A stretch of 64,000 nt of DNA, from contig JAYRRP010000004.1 of NCBI GenBank assembly GCA_041910055.1, positions 2,678-66,677 of the forward strand, given 5' to 3'. Under the pieces are notes generated by a model. The model saw only the letters and a list, made by a program, of their open reading frames with translations. It was not told the DNA's origin and did not search any database. The position numbers and the translations under genes were made by a program. This DNA comes from Candidatus Saccharimonadales bacterium. GTDB taxonomy: Bacteria > Patescibacteriota > Saccharimonadia > Saccharimonadales > JAYRRP01. Positions 18,746-27,949 of this stretch are shown piece by piece (the stretch's first letter is position 1; the number at the start of each line of letters is the position of its first letter).

Positions 18746-19456
18746 CTATAAGCTCGGATAATTGGGGAAGTAATCAGTCACTATTTGGGTTTTTGTTAGG
18801 TTCACTGGACTAGTGGTAAGTCCGTCAAAAAGCTGTTCTATCATCGGTTCCGGACCTGACAAGTATACTAGCCGATCTCTGATATCAGGGCTTAACTGTT
18901 GGATGCGCTTTGCGTCCAACCGTCCCTTTTCTTCCTGCCAGTCAGGGTTAGGCTCGGTAATAATGCGGGTAAGTTTCAACCCGTACTCTTTAAATAAAGG
19001 CATAAAAGCTACTTCCTGAGGGGTGGTCGCAACGTAGAGGAGGTGTATGTTGTAGTTAATACCCTTATCAAGCAGCCACTTTATCATACTGTGGTAAGGG
19101 GTCACCCCGATGCCTCCGGCGACAAACAACAATGATCGGCTTGTGTCTTGCGGCAGTACAAAATCACCTATTGGCTCATCGGCTTGCAATGTCGTATTAG
19201 GTGTTAAATTGAGAAGATGCTGTTTAAAGCTGCTGGAGTGTTTAGAATCTATTTTTGTGGTAATGGCCCATTCAGGTTCAGTTGGAGACGAGGACAAGGT
19301 GAACCAACGGCTTGTTCCTCGGCTGTCTGCTGATTCGTGCGGCAGGTATAGCTTGGTATATTGCCCAGCTGTATAGTGCACGTGATAGTTTGGTTCAAAA
19401 AAGAAACTGTGTATCCCCTTTGCTATAGCTTCGTGGCGGATAAATTTTACTTTCAT
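18746..19456 (-). CDS. FNR-like FAD/NAD(P)-binding oxidoreductase
   Basis: RWFTLSS (RxYS-type FAD motif) and GGIGVTP NAD(P) motif. 236 aa, no Fe-S domain. Confidence 0.75.
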   Translation of the reverse strand: MKVKFIRHEAIAKGIHSFFFEPNYHVHYTAGQYTKLYLPHESADSRGTSRWFTLSSSPTEPEWAITTKIDSKHSSSFKQHLLNLTPNTTLQADEPIGDFVLPQDTSRSLLFVAGGIGVTPYHSMIKWLLDKGINYNIHLLYVATTPQEVAFMPLFKEYGLKLTRIITEPNPDWQEEKGRLDAKRIQQLSPDIRDRLVYLSGPEPMIEQLFDGLTTSPVNLTKTQIVTDYFPNYPSL

Positions 19457-20187
19457 AGCCGCGGTGCTTTTCTGAGGGCTGATTGTAGTGGTGTACGTTT
19501 TTGCCGTGTAAACTTCACCTTTTTGCCGCTAAGAAGCTGTGGATAATCAGTGCAAATGGCAACTCGCGGGTAGAGCAAATGGATGAACCACATATTAAAG
19601 CGATTGTTGACAGTATATACGTAGATAATTAAATTATGACGTTTTGCTCTGTAATAAGTGAGTGGATTGAGGAGCCAGAAGTTAAGGCCCAAACCATCCA
19701 ATTTAAAGATTTTTGATAAGTGAAGAATGTCAAAAGGTTTAGTATGCTCAAGTGCAAGTAGTTTGATTTTTGGATTAAGATCCCGTAGGATTACTAGCTC
19801 ACTGATGATGAATGAGGCGACATAGACCTGTCCGCTTGGATAATGTTGAAGGATATTCGCGAGAAGTCGAGCGCAGCCAGCTTCTTTCAGCTCAATAATG
19901 ACGCTCTTTTTACCGATGAGTGATAGAGCAACATTCAGGGTTAGTATTTTTGACCCATTAACCAGCGATATTTTTTGCAGTTGTTTAAGGCTGAGTTGCC
20001 CAACCTGATCAGGGCGAGCAGCAATATGCAATAAGTTGTCGTCATGGCAAAGTACAAGCTGGTTATCTTTTGTTTTGCGTACATCGATCTCGATGGTGTC
20101 GACGCCGGCCTGTAACGCTGCTTTGATGCTCGCCGCTGTATTCTCAAGAGCAAGCCCGGCCGCTCCGCGATGCCCAATAATTCTCAT
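19453..20187 (-). CDS. glpQ: Glycerophosphodiester phosphodiesterase
   Basis: MRIIGHRGAAGLALENT ... EIDV ... HD motifs. Start moved to the ATG at 20187, because the N-terminal 22 aa of the track ORF overlap the ppa promoter/start. ATGA overlap with the downstream FNR-like gene. Confidence 0.82.
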   Translation of the reverse strand: MRIIGHRGAAGLALENTAASIKAALQAGVDTIEIDVRKTKDNQLVLCHDDNLLHIAARPDQVGQLSLKQLQKISLVNGSKILTLNVALSLIGKKSVIIELKEAGCARLLANILQHYPSGQVYVASFIISELVILRDLNPKIKLLALEHTKPFDILHLSKIFKLDGLGLNFWLLNPLTYYRAKRHNLIIYVYTVNNRFNMWFIHLLYPRVAICTDYPQLLSGKKVKFTRQKRTPLQSALRKAPRL

Positions 20188-20238
20188 TACTAAATAGTGT
20201 ACAATACTGTTGGAAATTGAGGTAACAGGAGTATAAAT

Positions 20239-20763
20239 ATGGCTGACGCACATTTAGGGCATGGCAATAAGGCACCGGAAGTGGTGAATGTAGTAATCGA
20301 AATCCAACAAGGCAGCCGTAATAAATATGAGCTGGACAAGGCAACTGGTCGGATTTTTCTAGACCGGGTCAATGGCACGCACCTCGGCTACCCTACAGAT
20401 TACGGTTACGTACCTGATACCTTGTGCGAGGACGGAGATCCCTTAGACGCGTTGCTAGTGATAGATGAACCAGTTCCGCACGGAGTAGTAGTTCCGGCGC
20501 GGCCCATTGGTGTACTGTATTTTGAGGATGACGGAGAAAAAGATGAAAAACTTATATGTGTTCCGGCCGATGATATCAGTAAAGATCACATCCAACATGT
20601 CAATGATTTAGGCGAAGCATTCAAAAAAAATCTCGAGCATTTTTATTTACACTACAAAGACTGGAAGAAAAACTGGCAAGGTGTCTCCGCAAAGCTAAAT
20701 GGATGGGGTGGTCCAGATGAAGCAAAGAAAGTAGTGGCTGCTGCCATAGAAATGGCTGGTTAG
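20239..20763 (+). CDS. ppa: Inorganic pyrophosphatase, family I
   Basis: NVVIEI..GSRNKYE..YGYVPDTLCEDGDPLDALL is typical of family I PPase. Confidence 0.93.
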   Translation: MADAHLGHGNKAPEVVNVVIEIQQGSRNKYELDKATGRIFLDRVNGTHLGYPTDYGYVPDTLCEDGDPLDALLVIDEPVPHGVVVPARPIGVLYFEDDGEKDEKLICVPADDISKDHIQHVNDLGEAFKKNLEHFYLHYKDWKKNWQGVSAKLNGWGGPDEAKKVVAAAIEMAG

Positions 20764-20765
20764 GC

Positions 20766-21191
20766 GTGAAGACATGTCCGGTGGCCAAAGCATTATTGGT
20801 TAATAGCCAGGGAGAGTTGCTCTTACTTCGCCGCAGTAAAACAGCGCCACGGAGACCTTTAGAATGGGATTTACCAGGTGGTTTAGTCGAAGAGGGTGAG
20901 GAATTCGGGGCTGCACTTAGCCGTGAGATAGAAGAAGAAACAGGTCTCACTCTGGATACACATCATCTTGATGTAGCCTATGGCACTACTTTGGTAAAAG
21001 AAGGCATGAACGTAGTCTATTTGTTTTTTGTTGCCCGAACGCCCAGCGAGACGATTACACTCAGCTATGAGCATGATTTATGGAAGTGGGTGCCATTTCA
21101 GCAAGCGCTTAAGGAGATAAAATATCCTTTACATCGTGAGTTACTGGGTCATATTATCAACAATAACCTATTGCCTGATTTGCCATTATAG
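20766..21191 (+). CDS. NUDIX hydrolase
   Basis: Nudix box GGLVEEGEEFGAALSREIEEETGL. Confidence 0.88.
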   Translation: MKTCPVAKALLVNSQGELLLLRRSKTAPRRPLEWDLPGGLVEEGEEFGAALSREIEEETGLTLDTHHLDVAYGTTLVKEGMNVVYLFFVARTPSETITLSYEHDLWKWVPFQQALKEIKYPLHRELLGHIINNNLLPDLPL

Positions 21192-21205
21192 GTGACAAAA
21201 TCAGT

Positions 21206-21235
21206 TTGCCAGAAGCATAAGCGCTGCGTTACAAT
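21206..21235 (+). promoter_or_regulatory. Sigma70-like promoter of gap
   Basis: TTGCCA (21206-21211), 18 nt, TACAAT (21230-21235). SD AAAAGGGGGA before the ATG at 21260. Confidence 0.55.
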
Positions 21236-21259
21236 ACCCCTGACGAAAAGGGGGACATA

Positions 21260-22300
21260 ATGAAGATACGGGTGGCAATTAACGGGTTTGGCCGAATTGG
21301 CCGCAATGCCTTTAAAGTGGCATATGAGCGGTCAGATATAGAGCTGGTGGCAATTAATGATTTGACAGACACCAAGACCCTGGCCCATCTGTTAAAGCAT
21401 GACAGTAATTATGGTAGCTATAATCACAAAGTTACGTTTGATGAGCAGCACATTATTGTTGATGACCAAAAAATTGCTGTAGTGGCAGAAAAGGATCCTG
21501 CCGCACTGCCGTGGAAAAAGAAAGAAGTAGACGTAGTCATTGAATCAACAGGCTTCTTCGTGAAACCGGAACTAGCCGCTGCCCACTTGAAAGCTGGTGC
21601 GAAGCGAGTCGTCATTTCAGCGCCCGCTAAAGGTGAAGGGGCCACAACTGTGGTTCTGGGCGTCAATGAGGATACACTCGACACTGCCGAAAAGATTATC
21701 AGTAACGCGTCATGTACGACGAACTGCATTACTCCAGTTGCCGCGGTGATAGAGAGTGAGTTTGGTATTGAAAAGGCGATGATGACGACTGTCCATAGCT
21801 ATACCGCCAGTCAACGCCTGCAGGATGCACCTGCGAAAGACCTTCGGGAAGCCCGCAATGCAGCCGAGAATATTGTCCCTACCACTACAGGTGCCTCAAT
21901 TGCAGCTGCGAAGGCTTTACCGGCACTTGAAGGGATATTTGGTGGTTTAAGCGTTCGCGTGCCCACCCCAGTGGTTTCTCTCAGTGATTTTGTTATCATT
22001 ACCAAAAAGTCTGTTTCGGTTGAGTCTGTGAACCAGGCCTTTAGAAAGGCTGCGAAAGAACCATATTACCAAGGTATACTTGCTGTCACCGATGAAGAAC
22101 TAGTGAGCAGTGATTTTATCGGTAATAGTCATTCCGCGATCGTTGACCTAGGGTTAACTGCGGTGATCGGCAAGAACATGTTAAAAGTGGTTGCCTGGTA
22201 TGACAATGAATGGGGTTATAGTAATCGCCTGGTGGAAGTTGTTGCTGACACTGGCCGGATTTTGCGCACTAAAGAGGCTGCCGAAAAACCTCATAAGTAG
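21260..22300 (+). CDS. gap: Glyceraldehyde-3-phosphate dehydrogenase
   Basis: INGFGRIGR NAD motif and catalytic ASCTTNC. Confidence 0.95.
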   Translation: MKIRVAINGFGRIGRNAFKVAYERSDIELVAINDLTDTKTLAHLLKHDSNYGSYNHKVTFDEQHIIVDDQKIAVVAEKDPAALPWKKKEVDVVIESTGFFVKPELAAAHLKAGAKRVVISAPAKGEGATTVVLGVNEDTLDTAEKIISNASCTTNCITPVAAVIESEFGIEKAMMTTVHSYTASQRLQDAPAKDLREARNAAENIVPTTTGASIAAAKALPALEGIFGGLSVRVPTPVVSLSDFVIITKKSVSVESVNQAFRKAAKEPYYQGILAVTDEELVSSDFIGNSHSAIVDLGLTAVIGKNMLKVVAWYDNEWGYSNRLVEVVADTGRILRTKEAAEKPHK

Positions 22301-22302
22301 CT

Positions 22303-22746
22303 ATGAAGATTTATATTGGTGCCGACCATAATGGTTATCAACTCAGGAATGGATTGTTAGCTTATCTAAAAGAAGCCCAATATGATGTGGAAGACGAGGG
22401 TGATACCCGGTTGGATCCAGAGGATGATTACCCTCAGTTTGCGACCCGGGTCGTTGCAAAAGTGCTTAGCAGTAATGACTCCGATCCCCGGGGCATTCTT
22501 ATCTGTGGCAGTGGGCAAGGAATGTGCATGGCTGCCAACCGCTATAAAGGTATCCGGGCGGGGCTCGGCTATGATCTTGAGTCAGTACGAGCCATAAGGA
22601 ACGATGAAGATAGTAATATCCTTTGTCTGCCAGCTAGGTCATTGGATAAAAACCAAATAATGGTGCTGGTTGAGGCATGGCTGAATACACCTTTTGCTGA
22701 AGCTCCACGTTTTGTGCGCCGCATGAAAGAGCTTGATGAATTATGA
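22303..22746 (+). CDS. rpiB: Ribose-5-phosphate isomerase B
   Basis: IYIGADHNGY ... ILICGSGQGMCMAANR. 147 aa RpiB/LacAB family. Confidence 0.9.
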   Translation: MKIYIGADHNGYQLRNGLLAYLKEAQYDVEDEGDTRLDPEDDYPQFATRVVAKVLSSNDSDPRGILICGSGQGMCMAANRYKGIRAGLGYDLESVRAIRNDEDSNILCLPARSLDKNQIMVLVEAWLNTPFAEAPRFVRRMKELDEL

Positions 22747-22787
22747 AGTGTTCGAAGGTAGCGAAGCTACTGGATGAGGGTTGAACT

Positions 22788-23435
22788 GTGTCGGTGATCT
22801 GTCCAACTGTGCTGGCGGCTGACCCGCATCACTATCGCGATCAAGTGGAAAGAGTGGCTCGTTTTGCCCAGCGGATTCAGATTGATCTGACCGACGGTGA
22901 GTTTGCGCCGGTTCAAACGGTGAGCCTTGAATCGGTCTGGTGGCCTGCGCAAATACGTGCTGATATCCATCTTATGTATCAAAAACCCGGCCGCTATCTC
23001 AAAATCCTCAGACAGCTGGCGCCTGCGCTGGTTATTGTACACGCCGAAGCTGAGGGTAATTTTTTTGAGATTGCTGCTCCTCTTAAGCAAGCGGGTATAA
23101 AGGTGGGGGTGGCTCTCTTGAAAGAGACACCAGTTAAGAAGATTCTGCCAGCGCTTGCGCAAGTTGACCATGTGCTTGTGTTTAGTGGAGACTTAGGTCA
23201 TTTTGGGGGAGAAGCTGACCTCGCTTTGCTTTCAAAAGTGAATGAGATTCAAAAACATTTTTCTGCTCGACATATTGAAATTGGCTGGGATGGAGGAATT
23301 AACCTCCAAAATGCTCGTCAGTTAGTTGAGAGTGGTGTGGATGTATTAAATGTTGGGGGTTTTATACAAAGGGCCGAAGATCCTCAAAAGGCTTATGCTA
23401 CACTGGAGCAAGCGTTGGGGCACAACAATATTTGA
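22788..23435 (+). CDS. Ribulose-phosphate 3-epimerase family protein (divergent)
   Basis: RPE-barrel landmarks IQIDLTDGEFAP (cf. VHFDVMDNHYVP), DIHLMY and GWDGGI. The first metal-ligand His is Gln here. GTG start. Confidence 0.7.
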   Translation: MSVICPTVLAADPHHYRDQVERVARFAQRIQIDLTDGEFAPVQTVSLESVWWPAQIRADIHLMYQKPGRYLKILRQLAPALVIVHAEAEGNFFEIAAPLKQAGIKVGVALLKETPVKKILPALAQVDHVLVFSGDLGHFGGEADLALLSKVNEIQKHFSARHIEIGWDGGINLQNARQLVESGVDVLNVGGFIQRAEDPQKAYATLEQALGHNNI

Positions 23436-23441
23436 GCTTAT

Positions 23442-24299
23442 ATGAACAAATTATCAATCAACGAATTAGAGCTGAAAGCTAATGATATACGCATAGACAT
23501 TATTGCCATGTTAGAGCATGCTGGCAGTGGCCACAGTGCCGGTCCCCTTGGTTTGGCTGATATATTTACTGCTCTCTATTTTGACGTTTTAAAGCATGAC
23601 CCAACGAAACCAAACTGGAAAGAACGTGACATTTTGGTGTTGAGTAATGGTCATTGCGTGCCGGTGCGATATGTCGCAATGGCACATGCTGGTTATTTCA
23701 AGCGTGAAGAGCTGAAAACGTTGCGCCAATTTGGTTCTCGCCTTCAAGGTCACCCGGAACGGACAAAACTACCAGGCCTGGAAACTACCAGCGGTCCCTT
23801 GGGGAGCGGGTTAAGCCAGGCGGCCGGAATGGCACTGGCAATGCGTATGGATAAACAATCGACTCATCGATGGATTTATGTAGTGATGGGTGACGGGGAA
23901 CTTGACGAAGGCAATGTGTGGGAAGCAGCTATGTTATGCAGTAAGTATAAGCTGCAGAACATTATCGGAATTATTGATCGCAATAATATACAGATAGATG
24001 GCCCGACCGAAGCTGTCATGCCGCTTGAAGACTTAAAAGCCAAATGGGAAAGTTTTGGCTGGCATGTACTTGAAGTTGATGGAAATAATATCGAGCAGGT
24101 AATTGATGTGTGCACGATGGCGCGGGCGATCGTTGAGAAGCCAGTGATGATTATTGCCCATACAATAGCAGGGAAGGGAGTGGATTTTATGGAGTATGAT
24201 TTCCGCTGGCATGGTAAACCTCCCAATCCTGAAGAAGCCAAAAAAGCTTTACACGAATTGCGTACGTTGGGTGGAAAGATTAGGAGCGAGCACCAATGA
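23442..24299 (+). CDS. Transketolase, N-terminal (TPP-binding) subunit
   Basis: GHSAGPLGLADI and GDGELDEGNVWEA TPP motifs. 285 aa split form. Confidence 0.92.
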   Translation: MNKLSINELELKANDIRIDIIAMLEHAGSGHSAGPLGLADIFTALYFDVLKHDPTKPNWKERDILVLSNGHCVPVRYVAMAHAGYFKREELKTLRQFGSRLQGHPERTKLPGLETTSGPLGSGLSQAAGMALAMRMDKQSTHRWIYVVMGDGELDEGNVWEAAMLCSKYKLQNIIGIIDRNNIQIDGPTEAVMPLEDLKAKWESFGWHVLEVDGNNIEQVIDVCTMARAIVEKPVMIIAHTIAGKGVDFMEYDFRWHGKPPNPEEAKKALHELRTLGGKIRSEHQ

Positions 24300-25273
24300 G
24301 CCATTCCCTTGAGTCTGATATTACTGCCGACAAATTAACTGCTGAACCTATCCGAAAAGGATTCGGGAGAGGCCTTTTAGCAGCAGGACAAGCGGATGAG
24401 TCAATCGTGGCGGCTTGTGCTGATCTGACTGAATCAACGCAAATGCACTTATTTAAGGAAGCTTTTCCTGAGCGGTTTGTCGAGATTGGGGTCGCTGAGC
24501 AGAACCTAGTTACTGTTGGTGCGGGTTTGGCGGCAATGGGTAAAATGCCGTTTGTTTCAAGTTATGCTGCCTTTAGTCCGGGACGTAATTGGGAACAAAT
24601 CCGTACCACCGTCTGCTTAAACGACCTGCCGGTAAAAATTGTTGGTTCGCATGCCGGTGTATCAGTTGGCCCAGATGGTGCAACGCACCAGATGTTGGAA
24701 GATATTGCGCTGATGCGAAGCTTACCTAATATGATGGTAGTCGCGCCAGCCGACAGTATTGAGGCGGAAAAGGCCACTAAAGCATTAGCAAACAGCCAGA
24801 AGCCAGCTTATATACGCCTGGCACGAGAAGCAACCCCTGTATTTACTACCAGCCATACAAGTTTTGAACTAGGTAAGGCCTATGTGCTTGATCCGGGACA
24901 TGAGGTAACTATTATTGCGACCGGCACTATGACATACCAGGCTTTATTGGCCGCCCAGAGCCTCTACAAAGAAGGCATTGATGCAGAAGTCGTGCATTGT
25001 CCGACTATCAAGCCACTTGATGCGGTGACAATACTGCAAAGTGTTCGGAAGACGCGCGCAGTAGTGACTGCAGAAGAAGCCCAAGCTGCTGGTGGTCTTG
25101 GCGGAGCTGTCACCGAACTTTTAGCTGAGGAACTTCCGGTGCCAGTCTTACGGGTGGGGATAAAAGACCGATTTGGTGAATCTGGTAAGCCAGAGGAATT
25201 ACTTGTTCATTTTGGGCTAAGTGCTACGCACATTGCCTTACAAGCTCACCGTGCAGTGAAGATGAAACCTTAG
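24296..25273 (+). CDS. Transketolase, C-terminal (pyrimidine-binding) subunit
   Basis: ATGA overlap with the N-terminal subunit gene. FVEIGVAEQN ... GPDGATHQ motifs. Confidence 0.92.
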   Translation: MSHSLESDITADKLTAEPIRKGFGRGLLAAGQADESIVAACADLTESTQMHLFKEAFPERFVEIGVAEQNLVTVGAGLAAMGKMPFVSSYAAFSPGRNWEQIRTTVCLNDLPVKIVGSHAGVSVGPDGATHQMLEDIALMRSLPNMMVVAPADSIEAEKATKALANSQKPAYIRLAREATPVFTTSHTSFELGKAYVLDPGHEVTIIATGTMTYQALLAAQSLYKEGIDAEVVHCPTIKPLDAVTILQSVRKTRAVVTAEEAQAAGGLGGAVTELLAEELPVPVLRVGIKDRFGESGKPEELLVHFGLSATHIALQAHRAVKMKP

Positions 25274-25893
25274 TAATCAAATACTCTCTTTCGAAGCAGA
25301 AACAAACGTGTGAAGATAGTGAAACCATGGAGAGTAAGCATCTGGCCCAGTAATGACCAGATAAACATGTTATACAAATGCTGTGAGCCCCAGTTGGCGA
25401 TGACCTGCTGGTAGTAACTTGCCCATAACGGGAATAAGACGCGAAAGCATATATTCGCGTAGAGAATGAAGAGTATGCCGATAAAAATACGAAATATAGT
25501 TTTAGTGATAAACTGTCTGACGTGCGGCTGGGGCCTTATATTACGCGGATGGACGTATTTACTAAGTACTAGTTCGTTATTAAGTTCAGTTGAAAAGTTA
25601 CTAAATATCCAAATCATTACGTAGACAACCATGCCAATGGCACCCCAAAACACACCTAGAGGGAGTGAACTGCCAATTCTTTCACCAAGTAGCTTAGGTA
25701 GTAAAGTATCAATTGAACGTAAGATCTCGGCAAAAAAGCTGTAATCCTTTGGCACGTATAACCAACTTTTTAAGAAAGCTTGGCTACTTAATGCAAAGGT
25801 ACATAGGCTAAGAAATAGATACACTATAAGCTCAGGCCAAGTGGGGAGCATCCAGAACAATGACTGTAAAATTCGTTCTTGACGTGGTGTCAT
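25270..25893 (-). CDS. Hypothetical membrane protein (5-6 TM)
   Basis: Hydrophobic ORF convergent with tkt. TATAAT-like box 10 nt upstream of its ATG (minus strand). Confidence 0.6.
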   Translation of the reverse strand: MTPRQERILQSLFWMLPTWPELIVYLFLSLCTFALSSQAFLKSWLYVPKDYSFFAEILRSIDTLLPKLLGERIGSSLPLGVFWGAIGMVVYVMIWIFSNFSTELNNELVLSKYVHPRNIRPQPHVRQFITKTIFRIFIGILFILYANICFRVLFPLWASYYQQVIANWGSQHLYNMFIWSLLGQMLTLHGFTIFTRLFLLRKRVFDY

Positions 25894-25956
25894 CTTAAAC
25901 AGAATTATATGCTATCCTAAACATAAGCAAAATAATTGGATATCAAATAAGAGATA

Positions 25957-26874
25957 ATGCCGCTGACACTTCGCCAGATTCGCCAAAACTGCCAGCAAGC
26001 TAGAGAATTGATGGCACGTGCCCGTGCTGAACACTTTGCAGTCGGGGCATTCAATCTGGACAACCAGGAGACACTTATTGCCGTCGTCCGGGCAGCCAAG
26101 GCGAAGCAATCGCCCGTCCTAGTGGAAATCAGTCATGGTGAAGCTGAAATACTCGGGTTGGATAATGTCCGTGATATGGTGGAAAACTACAAAGCAGAGC
26201 ATGGAGTAGAGATGTATATTAACCTCGATCATTCTCCCTCAGTGCAGAGTGCAGTTGCCGGTATCGAAGCTGGTTTTGAATTTATCCACATTGATGTTTC
26301 ACAAGCCGATCATGAAGCGGATGAGGGCCACATTATTGAGGAAACTAAGAAAGTTGTCGCCTATGCCAAGTTAACGGGGGCTTTAGTTGAAAGCGAACCT
26401 CATTATTTTGGTGGCAGCTCCAATAAGCATGATGAAAAATTCGACTATGAGGAAATAAAGAAAACTTTTAGTACGCCAGAGGGGGCAAAAGCATTTGTAG
26501 AGGCAACGGGAATTGATACTTATGCGGCTGCGATAGGTAATTTGCATGGACAATACCCAGTGCCAAAAATGTTGGATCTGGAACTGCTGCAACGTTTGCG
26601 AGAGGCATTGAGTTGCAATCTTAGTTTGCATGGTGGCAGCGGCACACCTGAACATTATTTTGTCGATGCTGCCCAGATCGGGGTGAGCAAGATAAATATC
26701 AACTCTGATATGAGGGTGGCATACCGAACTACCCTGGAAGCAGCCTTGGCGGCTAATAAATCTGAGTATGCAGTTATCAAATTAATGGATAAAGTGATAG
26801 ACGCTGTGCAAAAAGTAGTAGAAGAAAAGATTAATGCGTTTGGTTCAGCGAATAAGGCAAAACGATGCGAATGA
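25957..26874 (+). CDS. fba: Class II fructose/tagatose-bisphosphate aldolase
   Basis: AVGAFN, INLDHS and LHGGSGTP motifs of class II aldolases. Confidence 0.88.
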   Translation: MPLTLRQIRQNCQQARELMARARAEHFAVGAFNLDNQETLIAVVRAAKAKQSPVLVEISHGEAEILGLDNVRDMVENYKAEHGVEMYINLDHSPSVQSAVAGIEAGFEFIHIDVSQADHEADEGHIIEETKKVVAYAKLTGALVESEPHYFGGSSNKHDEKFDYEEIKKTFSTPEGAKAFVEATGIDTYAAAIGNLHGQYPVPKMLDLELLQRLREALSCNLSLHGGSGTPEHYFVDAAQIGVSKININSDMRVAYRTTLEAALAANKSEYAVIKLMDKVIDAVQKVVEEKINAFGSANKAKRCE

Positions 26875-26893
26875 GGGAGCATAGAGAAAGAGT

Positions 26894-27892
26894 ATGAATA
26901 GTATAGAGGTGCTTAGTGTTGGTGATATTGTGACCGATGCGTTCATTAAATTACAGGATGATCAAGCCCGAACTTATCGCAACGAGGAAGGATATTGGTT
27001 GGCAATGCCATTTGGCGTGAAAATTCCCTTTGACCACGCAGAGGTTATTGAATCAGTTGGTAACGCACCAAACGCCGCAGTAAGTTTTGCCCGGCTAGGC
27101 TTAAGAAGCGCATTAATGGCAAATGTCGGTGAAGACCAGTATGGCCGCAGTATGCTCAGGGCTTTACACAAAAACCATGTCGACACCCGTTTCGTCCGTA
27201 TTAACCCTGATAAGGTGAGCAATTATCACTATGTACTATGGTACAAAGAAGAACGCACCATACTAATTAAACATGAAGATTATAACTACCATTGGCCACA
27301 CCTTAGGCCTGACGAAATCCCAAAGTGGATTTACTTTAGCTCCATCAGTAAGAACTCGTTAAAATTCCACGATGATATGGCTAATTGGCTCGAAGCGCAC
27401 AAGGAAGTGAAACTGGCTTTCCAGCCTGGTACCTTTCAGATTGGTTTTGGTGCCGAAAGGTTAGCAAAGCTTTATGCGCATAGCGAGCTGTTGGCGGTAA
27501 ATCGTGAAGAGGCAGTGATGATTAGCGGAGGCGACCACGAAAATATCCACGATTTGTTCGATAAGTTACATGCGCTTGGCCCTAAGATCGTAGTCATTAG
27601 TGATGGTCATGATGGCAGCTATGCCTCTGATGGCCAAAACCGTTATCGTATGCCTATCTATCCCGATCCGAAGCCTCCTTTTGAGCGTACAGGAGCTGGT
27701 GACGCCTTCACTTCAACGTTTGTCGCAGCGATTATTAAGGGTAGCAATATAGAGGGAGCGCTGCAATGGGCGCCGATTAACTCGATGAATGTTGTGCAAT
27801 ACACAGGAGCCCAAAAGGGGCTACTAGACGAACGAGCTCTTGCCCACTTACTGAAGAAAGCGCCAGCTAACTACAGGCCAAAACCGCTTTAA
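26894..27892 (+). CDS. PfkB-family carbohydrate/nucleoside kinase
   Basis: C-terminal PfkB signature TGAGDAF plus an N-terminal GD..D sugar-binding region. Substrate not assignable from sequence. Confidence 0.8.
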   Translation: MNSIEVLSVGDIVTDAFIKLQDDQARTYRNEEGYWLAMPFGVKIPFDHAEVIESVGNAPNAAVSFARLGLRSALMANVGEDQYGRSMLRALHKNHVDTRFVRINPDKVSNYHYVLWYKEERTILIKHEDYNYHWPHLRPDEIPKWIYFSSISKNSLKFHDDMANWLEAHKEVKLAFQPGTFQIGFGAERLAKLYAHSELLAVNREEAVMISGGDHENIHDLFDKLHALGPKIVVISDGHDGSYASDGQNRYRMPIYPDPKPPFERTGAGDAFTSTFVAAIIKGSNIEGALQWAPINSMNVVQYTGAQKGLLDERALAHLLKKAPANYRPKPL

Positions 27893-27949
27893 GAATGCAA
27901 GAATGCTGATTGGCGCCGGTATCACGCTCATGGTAATCTGTACGTAGTT

